Below are positions 9,901-17,907 of a DNA stretch of 32,000 bases, piece by piece. Position 1 is the first letter of the stretch; every line of letters begins with the position of its first letter. The DNA comes from Longivirga aurantiaca. Lineage in GTDB: Bacteria; Actinomycetota; Actinomycetes; S36-B12; CAIYMF01. The notes below the pieces were generated by a model that was not told where the DNA came from, searched no databases, and was given only the letters and a program-made list of their open reading frames with translations. Location of the stretch: positions 570,001 through 602,000 of the forward strand of contig NZ_JBHSTI010000002.1 in NCBI RefSeq assembly GCF_042660085.1. Reading direction: 5' to 3'. Made by a program: the position numbers and the translations under genes.

Positions 9901-10658
9901 TGGCCGACGTCGACGACCCGCGCGCCCGCTCGCTCGCCTCGATCGCCGACGCGCTCGTCCCGACGTCGGTCTGGATCGTCGGTGGTGACGGCTGGGCCTA
10001 CGACATCGACTTCGGCGGGCTCGACCACGTGCTCGCCAGCGGTCGCAACGTCAACATCCTGGTGCTCGACACCGAGGTGTACTCCAACACCGGCGGGCAG
10101 GCGTCCAAGTCGACGCCGCGCGGCGCCGCGGCGAAGTTCGCCAGCACCGGCAAGGCCACGAAGAAGAAGGACCTCGGGCTGCTGGCCCAGGCGTACGGCG
10201 ACGTCTACGTCGCCCAGATCGCGCTGGGTGCCAACGAGACGCAGGCCGTGCGCGCGATCCTCGAGGCGGCTGCGTGGCCTGGGCCGTCGCTGATCCTGGC
10301 GTACTCCACCTGCATCGCCCACGGCATCGAGATGCGCGACTCCATGGCCCACCAGAAGGAGGCCGTGACGAGCGGCTACTGGCCGCTCTACCGCTTCCAC
10401 CCGAGCCCCGAGGCGGGCACACGGCCCTTCGCTCTCGACAGCAAGGCGCCGACGACGACGCTCGAGCAGTTCGTGCACTCCGAGACGCGCTACACCGCGC
10501 TCGACCGCACGGACCACGAGCGGTCGCAGCACCTGATGCACCTCGCCCAGGCCGACATCGACGAGCGCTGGCACTACTACGAGCAGCTCGCGGGCGTCGA
10601 GCGGTCGCTGTCGGGCGAGACCGAGGAAGAGCTCGGGCACGAGCCCGACGCCGAGTAG
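6966..10658 (+). CDS. nifJ: Pyruvate:ferredoxin (flavodoxin) oxidoreductase, single-chain NifJ type; ATG at 7050 is a plausible alternative start
   Basis: 1230 aa. IYPITPASTMGELADAW N-terminus, two 4Fe-4S motifs (CIDCGKCTIVCPHAAI, CTGCGICVAVCPV), the CAGCGETPYLKL proximal cluster region and the TPP domain GDGWAYDIDFGGLDHVLA. Confidence 0.95.
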   Translation: MVDDVTSVSGDVGRTTCDVRVAGRRLRGMGEPPVRGSDTVDLTAPPGPRVRCLDGNEAAAIVAHRLSDVCAIYPITPASTMGELADAWSAGGRTNLWGAVPEVVEMQSEGGAAAALHGAVQKGALATSFTASQGLLLMIPTMFKVAGELTPTVLHVAARAVATHALSIFGDHSDVMAVRSTGWAMLSASDVQEAHDFALVAHAATLRSRVPFLHFFDGFRTSHEVATIRMLHDDDLRALIREQDVLAHRAYGLTPEAPVMRGSAQNPDVFFQSREASNTHYDAVPGVVAEVMAELGERVGRRYNLVDYHGHPEAERVVVAMGSVTGTLREAVDDLVRHGEKVGVAVVRLYRPFPSDALRAALPASVTRIAVLDRTKEPGAPAEPLHLDVMASFSEEAGTIICGGRYGLGSKEFTPADALAVYAELAKPTPRHRFTVGIVDDVTHLSLDVDPSFRLPTRAVQAMFFGLGSDGTVGANKNSIKLIGEHTDMHAQGYFVYDSKKSGSMTVSHLRFGPDPIRSAYLIDDADFVACHQFGLLARVDVLAHARAGATVLLNSPYDAASLWGHLPADARAHIVHKHLAVHVVDATTIARDAGLGPRINTVMQPCFFALADVLPVEEAIELVKAGVVKAYGHRGPEVVERNMIAIDAALAGLQRVEVPADALDDMAAVPDSDLSVVQTLIAGLGDSLPVSAMSVDGTYETGTSVLEKRQLAEEIPIWDPSLCIDCGKCTIVCPHAAIRMKAYSPDALDGAPEGFLSKPYSGKELGEGRLLTIQVAPDDCTGCGICVAVCPVRDKQNPDHKAIDMAPADEHRDVERPRYEHFLEIPDVDRTLVRRETVKGSQLLRPLFEFSGACAGCGETPYLKLVTQLLGDRMVVANATGCSSIYGGNLPTTPWTKDRDGRGPAWVNSLFEDNAEFGLGIRLGVERQTSEAHRLLRALAEDLPSDVVAPLVEEEPSVEDEAGIIARRQQVERLRDSLADVDDPRARSLASIADALVPTSVWIVGGDGWAYDIDFGGLDHVLASGRNVNILVLDTEVYSNTGGQASKSTPRGAAAKFASTGKATKKKDLGLLAQAYGDVYVAQIALGANETQAVRAILEAAAWPGPSLILAYSTCIAHGIEMRDSMAHQKEAVTSGYWPLYRFHPSPEAGTRPFALDSKAPTTTLEQFVHSETRYTALDRTDHERSQHLMHLAQADIDERWHYYEQLAGVERSLSGETEEELGHEPDAE

Positions 10659-10664
10659 CGCCCG

Positions 10665-10883
10665 CTACGTCAGGTCTTCGTCCGAGGCATCGGAGTCCGG
10701 ATGGTCGCCGACGCCGTGGGGATAGTTCGTCCCCTCGGCGCCGCGCTCGCTCGCGATGGGGTCGTCCACGTCCGACGTGCGGGTGGTCTCGGGGTGCTCC
10801 CCGACGCCGTGCGGGTAGTTGGTGCCCTGCTTGCCGCGCTCGTCGGCAACCGGGTCGTTCGCGTCGCTCGGGGGTGAGGCCAT
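10665..10883 (-). CDS. Small hydrophilic protein with internal duplication
   Basis: 72 aa with two copies of DP(V/I)A(D/S)ERGxxGTNYPHGVG(E/D)HP. The stop lies 6 bp from the nifJ stop (convergent). Confidence 0.65.
   Translation of the reverse strand: MASPPSDANDPVADERGKQGTNYPHGVGEHPETTRTSDVDDPIASERGAEGTNYPHGVGDHPDSDASDEDLT
10695..10763 (-). repeat. Second copy of the coding repeat in the 72-aa protein (23 codons)
   Basis: Encodes DPIASERGAEGTNYPHGVGDHPD, matched to DPVADERGKQGTNYPHGVGEHPE. Confidence 0.9.
10788..10856 (-). repeat. First copy of the coding repeat in the 72-aa protein (23 codons)
   Basis: Encodes DPVADERGKQGTNYPHGVGEHPE. Confidence 0.9.
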
Positions 10884-10976
10884 GACGCGCTCTACCCGTG
10901 CCCTGGCCGGCCGAAACCCGGCCGGGGGCCGGCGGGTGGGGAAGCCGGGATGCCGCTCAGGCGGCCTGGGGCGCCC

Positions 10977-11774
10977 TCATCCGTGAGCGGCGGGGGAGCG
11001 GACGGCGGTCCAGGCAGGGCCGAGGTCGGCCCAGCCCCGCCGGGCGTACCAGTGGCGCGGCCAGTCGTCGGTCATGGCGGTGAGGTAGACGTCCGTGCAT
11101 CCGTGCTCGGTCGCGGCCTCGATGCATGCCGTCAGCACGGCGTCGCCGTAGCCGCGGCCGCGGTGGGACGCCGCAGTGGTGACGCCGTCGACCTCGGCGC
11201 ACGTCCCGTGCACAGCGAGGTCGGCGCAGGCGCCGATCTCCCCGGTCTCCGGGTCGCGCACCACGAAGGAGATGAACGGGCCGGACAGCGTGTACGTCGC
11301 GCGTCGGCCGACGAGGTCGGCGACCTCGGCGTCGGAGATGCCCGGCTTCCACTCCTCGCGCCACATGCGGTCCTGGAACGGCGCGGTGACGTCCTCGCTC
11401 ACCCGCTCGGCGACGGCCGTGGCGGGCGCCGCCAGCGGGCCGAGCGACTGCGGCCGCCCCATGAGCCGCTCCGGCTCGGTCGTGAAGCCGGCGGCCGCCA
11501 GCCCTGCGCGGGTCTCCTTGGAGAGGTCGCACAGGGCGAACACGTAGCGGTGCTCCAGGCCCGCCTCACCCAGCACCTCGTCGCCCCACCGGATCAGCGC
11601 GTCGGCGCCGGGGTCTCGCCGCAGCAGGATCCCGTTGTGCGCGTACGACGCCGGCCACTCGGCCGTCGTAGCGGCCCAGGCCCCCTCGCCCAGCGGGACG
11701 ACCGCGCCGACGCGCGCCAGGCTGAGCTCGGCGTACCAGTCCGCCGCCCGATCGTAGGAGTCCTGCTCAGACAC
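10977..11774 (-). CDS. GNAT family N-acetyltransferase
   Basis: 265 aa from the GTG at 11774. C-terminal GVTTAASHRGRGYGDAVLTACIEAATEHGCTDVYLTAMTDDWPRHWYARRGW is a GNAT core. Confidence 0.85.
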   Translation of the reverse strand: MSEQDSYDRAADWYAELSLARVGAVVPLGEGAWAATTAEWPASYAHNGILLRRDPGADALIRWGDEVLGEAGLEHRYVFALCDLSKETRAGLAAAGFTTEPERLMGRPQSLGPLAAPATAVAERVSEDVTAPFQDRMWREEWKPGISDAEVADLVGRRATYTLSGPFISFVVRDPETGEIGACADLAVHGTCAEVDGVTTAASHRGRGYGDAVLTACIEAATEHGCTDVYLTAMTDDWPRHWYARRGWADLGPAWTAVRSPAAHG

Positions 11775-12627
11775 CGATCGGGTGCCAGACGGTCTTGGTC
11801 TCGAGGAACGAGCGGATCCGCGAGAGGCCCGGGTCGGCGGTCCAGTCGTCGGTGTCCGGACGTCGCACGCGCTTGAGGTTGTCGGCCGCGGCCACCTCGA
11901 GCGACGCACGCAGGTCGAGGTCGTCGACGCCCGCGATGTCGATCGCGTTGACGTCCATGTGCGAGGCGAGCCACGGCGCCACCTCGGCCACCGAGCCCGT
12001 GAGCAGGTTGATCACGCCACCGGGGACGTCGGAGGTCGCCAGCACCTCCGACAGGGTGATCGCCGGGAGCGGCCGGTCCTCGGATGCCAGCACCACGCAC
12101 GCATTGCCGCTCACCACGACGGGGGCGATGACCGACACCAGGCCGAGGAGTGACGACTCCTGCGGTGCGACGACGGCGACGACGCCGGTCGGCTCCGGCA
12201 CCGAGAAGTTGTAGTACGGGCCGGCGACCGGGTTGGTCGAGCCGAGCACCTGGGCGAGCTTGTCGGCCCAGCCGGCGTACCAGACCCAGCGGTCGATGGC
12301 GGCCTCGACGACCGCCTCGGCGCGACGGGCGGTGAGGCCCTCCGACGCCACGACCTCGTCGACGAACTGCGCGCGGCGCCCTTCCATCACCTCGGCGACG
12401 CGGTAGAGCACCTGCCCGCGGTTGTACGCCGTGGCCTTGACCCAGCCGGCCTGCGCCTTGCGCGCGGCGACGACGGAGTCGCGCGCGTCCTTGCGCGAGG
12501 CGAGCGCGGCGTTGGCGAGGAACCGGCCCTTGGTGTCGGTGACCTCGTACGAGCGGGCGCTCTCCGAGCGCGGGAACGCGCCGCCGATGTAGAGCTTGTA
12601 GGTCTTGCGGACCTCGAGTCGGGCCAT
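11767..12627 (-). CDS. Truncated aldehyde dehydrogenase-family protein lacking the catalytic region
   Basis: 286 aa. N-terminal ALDH NAD-binding domain features (VPEPTGVVAVVAPQESSLLGLVSVIAPVVVSGNACVVLASE, PGGVINLLTGS), but no ELGGK or catalytic-Cys motif. Downstream of a full-length ALDH. Confidence 0.85.
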   Translation of the reverse strand: MARLEVRKTYKLYIGGAFPRSESARSYEVTDTKGRFLANAALASRKDARDSVVAARKAQAGWVKATAYNRGQVLYRVAEVMEGRRAQFVDEVVASEGLTARRAEAVVEAAIDRWVWYAGWADKLAQVLGSTNPVAGPYYNFSVPEPTGVVAVVAPQESSLLGLVSVIAPVVVSGNACVVLASEDRPLPAITLSEVLATSDVPGGVINLLTGSVAEVAPWLASHMDVNAIDIAGVDDLDLRASLEVAAADNLKRVRRPDTDDWTADPGLSRIRSFLETKTVWHPIGV

Positions 12628-12641
12628 GTCCAGATCCTCCG

Positions 12642-14081
12642 TCACACCACGTCGAGGTAGGCCGCGAGACCGTGGCGACCGCCCTCGCGGCCGTACCCGG
12701 ACTCCTTGTACCCGCCGAACGGGCTGGTCGGGTCGAAGCGGTTGAACGTGTTCGCCCACACGACGCCCGCGCGCATCTGGCTCGCGACCTTGAGGATCCG
12801 CGAGCCCTTCTCGGTCCAGATGCCGGCCGAGAGGCCGTAGGCGCTGTTGTTCGCCTTCTCGACAGCCTCGCCCGGCGTACGGAAGGTGAGCACCGACAGC
12901 ACCGGGCCGAAGATCTCCTCCCGCGCGATGCGGTGCGCCTGCGACACGCCCGTGAAGACGGTCGGGGCGAACCAGTAGCCCTTGGCGGGGAGGTCGCAGT
13001 CGGCAGTCCACCGCTCGGCGCCCTCGTCGTCGCCCACACCCGCGAGGTGGCGGATGCGCTCGAGCTGCTCGAGGGAGTTGATCGCGCCGATGTCGGTGTT
13101 CTTGTCGAGCGGGTCGCCGAGGCGCAGCGTGGAGAGGCGGCGCTTGAGGCGCGCCACCAGCTCGTCGGCGATGTTCTCCTGCACGAGCAGGCGCGAGCCG
13201 GCGCAGCAGACGTGGCCCTGGTTGAAGAAGATGCCGGCCACGATGCCCTCGACTGCCTGGTCGATCGGTGCGTCGTCGAAGACGATGTTGGCCGCCTTGC
13301 CGCCGAGCTCGAGCGTGACCTTCTTGTCGGTGCCGGCCACCGCCCGGGCGATCGCCTTGCCCACCTCGGTCGAGCCGGTGAACGCGACCTTGTCCACACC
13401 GGGGTGCTCGACGAGCGCACGGCCCGTGTCGCCAGCGCCCGTGATGATGTTGACGACGCCCGGGGGCAGGTCGGCCTGGCGGCAGATGTCGGCGAAGAAC
13501 AGCGCCGTGAGCGGGGTGGTCTCGGCCGGCTTCAGCACGACGGTGTTGCCCGCGGCCAGGGCCGGCGCGATCTTCCACGCCAGCATGAGCATCGGGAAGT
13601 TCCACGGGATCACCTGGGCGGCGACGCCGAGGGGCCTCGGGTCGGGGCCGAAGCCCGCGTGCTCGAGCTTGTCGGCCCAGCCGGCGTAGTAGAAGAAGTG
13701 CGCGGCGACCAGCGGGATGTCGACGTCGCGCGACTCCTTGATCGGCTTGCCGTTGTCGAGCGACTCCAGCACGGCGAGCTCGCGCGAGCGCTCCTGGATC
13801 AGGCGCGCGATGCGGAAGAGGTACTTCGCGCGGTCCTTGCCCGAGGTCTTGGACCACACGCGGGTGTAGGCGCGCCGCGCGGCCTTCACCGCGCGGTCGA
13901 CGTCGGCAGCGCTCGCCTCGGCGACCTCGGCGAGCACCTCCTCGGTGGCGGGGTTGATGCTCTTCAGGCTGCCGCCGGTGCCGTCGACGAACTCGCCGTC
14001 GATGAACAGGCCGTACGACGACGCGAGGTCGACGACGGAGCGCGACTCGGGGGCCGGTGCGTACTCGAACGGGGTGGGCAC
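12642..14081 (-). CDS. Aldehyde dehydrogenase
   Basis: 479 aa. PWNFPMLMLAWKIAPALAAGNTVVLKPAE, FTGSTEVGK, VTLELGGKAANIV and FFNQGHVCCAGSR (catalytic Cys) motifs. Confidence 0.95.
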   Translation of the reverse strand: MPTPFEYAPAPESRSVVDLASSYGLFIDGEFVDGTGGSLKSINPATEEVLAEVAEASAADVDRAVKAARRAYTRVWSKTSGKDRAKYLFRIARLIQERSRELAVLESLDNGKPIKESRDVDIPLVAAHFFYYAGWADKLEHAGFGPDPRPLGVAAQVIPWNFPMLMLAWKIAPALAAGNTVVLKPAETTPLTALFFADICRQADLPPGVVNIITGAGDTGRALVEHPGVDKVAFTGSTEVGKAIARAVAGTDKKVTLELGGKAANIVFDDAPIDQAVEGIVAGIFFNQGHVCCAGSRLLVQENIADELVARLKRRLSTLRLGDPLDKNTDIGAINSLEQLERIRHLAGVGDDEGAERWTADCDLPAKGYWFAPTVFTGVSQAHRIAREEIFGPVLSVLTFRTPGEAVEKANNSAYGLSAGIWTEKGSRILKVASQMRAGVVWANTFNRFDPTSPFGGYKESGYGREGGRHGLAAYLDVV

Positions 14082-14094
14082 GGGATCCTCCGCG

Positions 14095-15075
14095 TCAGTC
14101 GACGGTGACGTAGTCGGGGCCGGAGTAGCGTCCGGTGGCCATCTTCTGGCGCTGCAGCAGCAGGTCGTTGAGCAGGCTGGATGCGCCGAAGCGGAACAGG
14201 TCGGGCGTGAGCCAGTCGGTGCCCACGGTCTCGTTGACGAGAACGAGGTACTTCATGGCGTCCTTGGTGGTGCTGATGCCGCCGGCGGGCTTCATGCCGA
14301 TGATGCGGCCGGTGGCATCGCGCCAGTCGCGGCACGCCTCGAGCATCACGAGGGTGACGGGAAGGGTCGCGGCCGGCGCGATCTTGCCGGTGCTCGTCTT
14401 GATGAAGTCCGCGCCGGCCATCATCGCGAGCCAGGAGGCGCGGCGGACGTTGTCGTACGTCGCGAGCTCGCCGGTCTCGAGGATCACCTTGAGGTGCGCG
14501 TCCGCGCCGTCCTCGTGGCAGACCTCGCGTACCGCGGCGATCTCCTCGAACACCTCGAGGTAGCGGCCCGACAGGAACGCGCCGCGGTCGATGACCATGT
14601 CGATCTCGTCGGCACCGGCCTGCACGGCGTCCCGGGTGTCGGCGAGCTTCACCGGCATCGAGGCGCGGCCCGAGGGGAACGCGGTGGTGACGGCGGCGAC
14701 CTTGACGCCGCTGTCGCCGAGCTCGGCCTTGGCCAGGCCCACGAGATCGTTGTAGACGCAGACCGCAGCGGTCGACGGCACCGACGGATCGTGCGCGTCG
14801 GGGCGCCGCGCCTTCGCGCAGAGCGTGCGCACCTTGCCGGGGGTGTCGTTGCCCTGGAGGGTCGTGAGGTCGATCATCGAGATCGCGAGGTCGATGGCGA
14901 ACGCCTTGGACGTCGTCTTGATCGACCGGGTCGACAGGGCGGCGGCGCGTGCCTCGGCGCCCACCTGGTCGACACCGGGGAGGCCGCCGAGGAAGCGCCG
15001 CAGGGCCGAATCGGACCTGGTCGCGTCGTCCAGGACGCCGGGGTCGGCGAGCAGGCTGCTGGGGGAGCGGGTCAC
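14095..15075 (-). CDS. deoC: Deoxyribose-phosphate aldolase
   Basis: 326 aa. Contains VCVYNDLVGLAKAELG, EIDMVIDRGAFLSG, LKVILETGEL, GADFIKTSTGK and MKPAGGISTTKDAMKYL. Confidence 0.95.
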   Translation of the reverse strand: MTRSPSSLLADPGVLDDATRSDSALRRFLGGLPGVDQVGAEARAAALSTRSIKTTSKAFAIDLAISMIDLTTLQGNDTPGKVRTLCAKARRPDAHDPSVPSTAAVCVYNDLVGLAKAELGDSGVKVAAVTTAFPSGRASMPVKLADTRDAVQAGADEIDMVIDRGAFLSGRYLEVFEEIAAVREVCHEDGADAHLKVILETGELATYDNVRRASWLAMMAGADFIKTSTGKIAPAATLPVTLVMLEACRDWRDATGRIIGMKPAGGISTTKDAMKYLVLVNETVGTDWLTPDLFRFGASSLLNDLLLQRQKMATGRYSGPDYVTVD

Positions 15076-15168
15076 CTGACGATCCTAGTCTCGGGCGTCG
15101 CGCCCGCGAGGAGTTCGTGGGAGCGGCCTCCGGCACGTTAGAGTGCCGCCTCGGCGCCTGCTGCGTGG

Positions 15169-16611
15169 ATGGGCCATCGGCGCGCCGTGCTCCTGGAAGG
15201 CCCCGGAATGACGCCGGACAGCCCTGTCCCCCCGCAGCAGCGGATGCACGTCAACGACGAGCGACTCGTCTCCCTCATCCTCGACTACGTGCGCGAACGG
15301 CTCTCGCTCGCCGAGACGCCGCTCGACCACCCCGGCGAGAAGGCCGCGATCGACGGGCTCCTCGACGGCCTGATCACGGCCGGAGGCACCGACCCCGCCG
15401 TGGTCATGGACCTCTACGAGCACCACCTGTCGCAGACGGTCCTGTCGGCCGACTCGCCGCGCTTCTTCGCCTTCATCCCCGCCGCGCCCACCAAGGCCGC
15501 GCTGCTGTTCGACATGGTCGTATCGGCCGCGTCCCTGCAGGGCATCTCGTGGCTCGAGGCGGCAGGCGCGGTCGCCGCCGAGAACCAGGCGCTGCGCTGG
15601 ATCTCCGACGCCGCCGGCCTGCCGGAGTCCGCCGGAGGCGCGTTCGTGTCGGGCGGCTCGGCCGGGAACCTGTCGGCGCTGGTCGTCGCACGCGACACCG
15701 CGCGCCGCCGCCTCGTCGAGCGCGACGGCGACCAGGCGCGCTACCGCCGCCTGCGCATCGCGGTGAGCGACCAGGCCCACTCCTCGATCAAGAACACGCT
15801 CTCGATCCTCGACGTCGACCCGTTCGTGATCCGGATGGCCGACCACCGCTTCACCGGCGACGCCCTGCGCGCCGCGCTGGACGCCGACACCGACCCCGAG
15901 TCGATCGTCGGTGTCGTGGCCACCTCCGGCACGACAAACGCCGGCATCGTCGACGACCTGCGCGGCATCGGAACGGTGGCGCGCGAGCGCGGCCTGTGGT
16001 TCCACGTCGACGGCGCGTACGGCGGCGCCGGGCTGTTCGCGCCGTCCGTCCGGGACCGCTACGACGGGATCGAGCTCGCCGACTCGTTCATCGTCGACCC
16101 GCACAAGTGGCTCTTCGCGCCGTTCGACTGCGCCGCGCTGATCTACCGCGAGCCCTGGCTCGCCAAGCGCGTGCACACGCAGGACGCGTCGTACCTCGAC
16201 GCGATCCACCACGACGACGGCTCCTACGAGTGGAACCCCACCGACTACGCGTACCACCTGACGCGTCGCGCGCGCGGCCTGCCGCTGTGGTTCTCGCTCG
16301 TCGTCAACGGCACGCAGGCGTACACCGACGCCATCGAGCACTCGATCACGCTCGCGCGCGAGACCGCCGCCGAGATCGATGCGGCAGAGCACCTCGAGCT
16401 GCTGCGCGAGCCGGGGCTGTCGGTCGTGCTCTTCCGGCGTACCGGCTGGACCGCCGCCGACTACGACGCGTGGGGCGACCGGCTGCTGGGGGCCCAGGTC
16501 GCGTTCATCACGAGCACCACGTGGGAGGGCGAGACGGTGGGGCGCTTCGCGTTCCTGCACCCCGGCACCACGATGGACATGGTGCGCGAGGTGCTGGCGA
16601 CCACCGCGTGA
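15169..16611 (+). CDS. Pyridoxal-dependent decarboxylase (aromatic-L-amino-acid/glutamate decarboxylase family); ATG at 15207 is a possible start
   Basis: 480 aa. VATSGTTNAGIVDDL, FHVDGAYGG and SFIVDPHKWLFAPFDCAALIYRE (PLP lysine) motifs. Confidence 0.9.
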   Translation: MGHRRAVLLEGPGMTPDSPVPPQQRMHVNDERLVSLILDYVRERLSLAETPLDHPGEKAAIDGLLDGLITAGGTDPAVVMDLYEHHLSQTVLSADSPRFFAFIPAAPTKAALLFDMVVSAASLQGISWLEAAGAVAAENQALRWISDAAGLPESAGGAFVSGGSAGNLSALVVARDTARRRLVERDGDQARYRRLRIAVSDQAHSSIKNTLSILDVDPFVIRMADHRFTGDALRAALDADTDPESIVGVVATSGTTNAGIVDDLRGIGTVARERGLWFHVDGAYGGAGLFAPSVRDRYDGIELADSFIVDPHKWLFAPFDCAALIYREPWLAKRVHTQDASYLDAIHHDDGSYEWNPTDYAYHLTRRARGLPLWFSLVVNGTQAYTDAIEHSITLARETAAEIDAAEHLELLREPGLSVVLFRRTGWTAADYDAWGDRLLGAQVAFITSTTWEGETVGRFAFLHPGTTMDMVREVLATTA

Positions 16612-16645
16612 CACGCGATGCCGTGCGTCGAGGGATGATGGCGCG

Positions 16646-17251
16646 ATGAGCGGCTACGACCCGACCACCCTGCGCTCCTACCGCCTGGGCAACGGGCGTC
16701 TGCTGGCGTGGTCCGTGCTCGTGATCGTCGCCGTGCTCGCCGGGCAGGCGCTCATCGCGGGCGAGGGCACGGGCCGCTGGCTCGCCCTCACCGCGGCCGC
16801 GGGCATCGCCTGCGCGGCGTGGGTGCTCGGGATCCGCCCGGTCGTGCGCGAGCTGCCGACGGTGCTCGAGGTGCACAACCCGATCCGCACCTGGACCGTC
16901 ACCTGGAGCTCGATCACGAGGATCGACGCCGACGACGTCGTGCGGATCCATGCGGGCGACCAGATCGTGCGCTGCTTCGCGCTGCCCCGCAGGGACAAGC
17001 GCCCCATCGTCAGCGGTTTCGTCTCGGCGTTCGGGGGCCGGCCGCTGCCGGTCTCGGACACCGAGCCTGTGCGCTCGTCGGTGACGACCTACGACGTGAT
17101 CGAGGCGCTCGAGGACCGCGCGCACAGCCTGCGCGGCGGCAACGCCTCCGACGCTCCGCCGTCGTGGGACGTGGACCGCGCCGCTCTCGTGGTGTCGGCC
17201 GTGGGCGTCCTCAACGGAGTCGCGTGGCTGATGCTGATTCTGCTGGGATGA
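16646..17251 (+). CDS. Small membrane protein with PH-like domain
   Basis: 201 aa, two N-terminal TM segments followed by VHNPIRTWTVTWSSITRIDADDVVRIHAGDQIVRCFAL, as in bacterial PH-domain membrane proteins. Confidence 0.65.
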   Translation: MSGYDPTTLRSYRLGNGRLLAWSVLVIVAVLAGQALIAGEGTGRWLALTAAAGIACAAWVLGIRPVVRELPTVLEVHNPIRTWTVTWSSITRIDADDVVRIHAGDQIVRCFALPRRDKRPIVSGFVSAFGGRPLPVSDTEPVRSSVTTYDVIEALEDRAHSLRGGNASDAPPSWDVDRAALVVSAVGVLNGVAWLMLILLG

Positions 17252-17255
17252 CGGC

Positions 17256-17822
17256 ATGAGCCCTGCTGCCGACGTGCCCGGCGACGTCGTCCACCTCGAC
17301 CTCGAGGCCGAGATCAAGGCCACCGGATGGACGCGCACGGGTCTGCGGGTCGACCTGGTGCCCTGGGACGACACCCGCGTGGTGCGCGTCGAGTCGGAGT
17401 ACGACGCGTGGCCCGAGGACGAGCCGAAGGACCCGCCGCCGCCGCGCCTCGGACGGCTCATCATCGACCTCACCGATGCTGAGGGCACGCGCGCCTTCGC
17501 CGGCTACGTGTCGTGGCACCTCGTGACCTACGGCCCCAACCCCGGGTCGCACGCGTGGAACATGGGCATCGAGATCATCGAGTCAGCGCGAGGCCACGGG
17601 GTCGGCACCGTGGCGCAGCGGCTGCTCGCGCGATGGCTCCTCGCCACCACGCACGTCGAGCGCATCGAGGCCTCGACGGACGTCACCAACGTCGCCGAGC
17701 AGAAGTCGCTCGAGCGCGCGGGCTTCACCCGCGAGGGCGTCCTGCGCTCGGCCCAGAAGCGGGCCGACGGCCGGCACGACCTCTACGCCTACTCGCTGCT
17801 GGCCGGCGACCTCGAGCAGTGA
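17256..17822 (+). CDS. GNAT family N-acetyltransferase (RimJ/RimL-like)
   Basis: 188 aa. GIEIIESARGHGVGTVAQRLLARWLLATTHVERIEASTDVTNVAEQKSLERAGFTREGVLR. Confidence 0.9.
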   Translation: MSPAADVPGDVVHLDLEAEIKATGWTRTGLRVDLVPWDDTRVVRVESEYDAWPEDEPKDPPPPRLGRLIIDLTDAEGTRAFAGYVSWHLVTYGPNPGSHAWNMGIEIIESARGHGVGTVAQRLLARWLLATTHVERIEASTDVTNVAEQKSLERAGFTREGVLRSAQKRADGRHDLYAYSLLAGDLEQ

Positions 17823-17825
17823 CCG

Positions 17826-17845
17826 TCCGCGCATTCCTGCGCGGA
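17826..17845 (+). terminator. Hairpin 3 bp after the GNAT stop codon
   Basis: TCCGCGC-attcct-GCGCGGA perfect 7-bp stem. No T-tract, so function is uncertain. Confidence 0.45.
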
Positions 17846-17907
17846 AGGTGACGATGCCGACGGCTGCCCGGTCACCGGGGAGCCAGTTCCGGGGTTAGCG
17901 TCGAGGC

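Noticed and set aside
6939-10640. 1233-aa ORF on the minus strand opposite nifJ
   Set aside because: Arg/Gly/Ala/Val/Asp-biased composition with no domains, a mirror frame expected in very high-GC DNA. The plus-strand nifJ is unambiguous.
10907-10925. CCGGCC-gaaaccc-GGCCGG hairpin between the GNAT and 72-aa protein genes
   Set aside because: Six-bp GC stem in a GC-rich spacer. It could be a terminator for the GNAT gene but is too easily expected by chance to claim.
12672-14108. 478-aa plus-strand ORF opposite the aldehyde dehydrogenase, and the overlapping 14-kb-region plus-strand ORF 13945-15141
   Set aside because: Antisense of well-supported ALDH and deoC genes. Low-complexity translation typical of GC-rich shadow ORFs.
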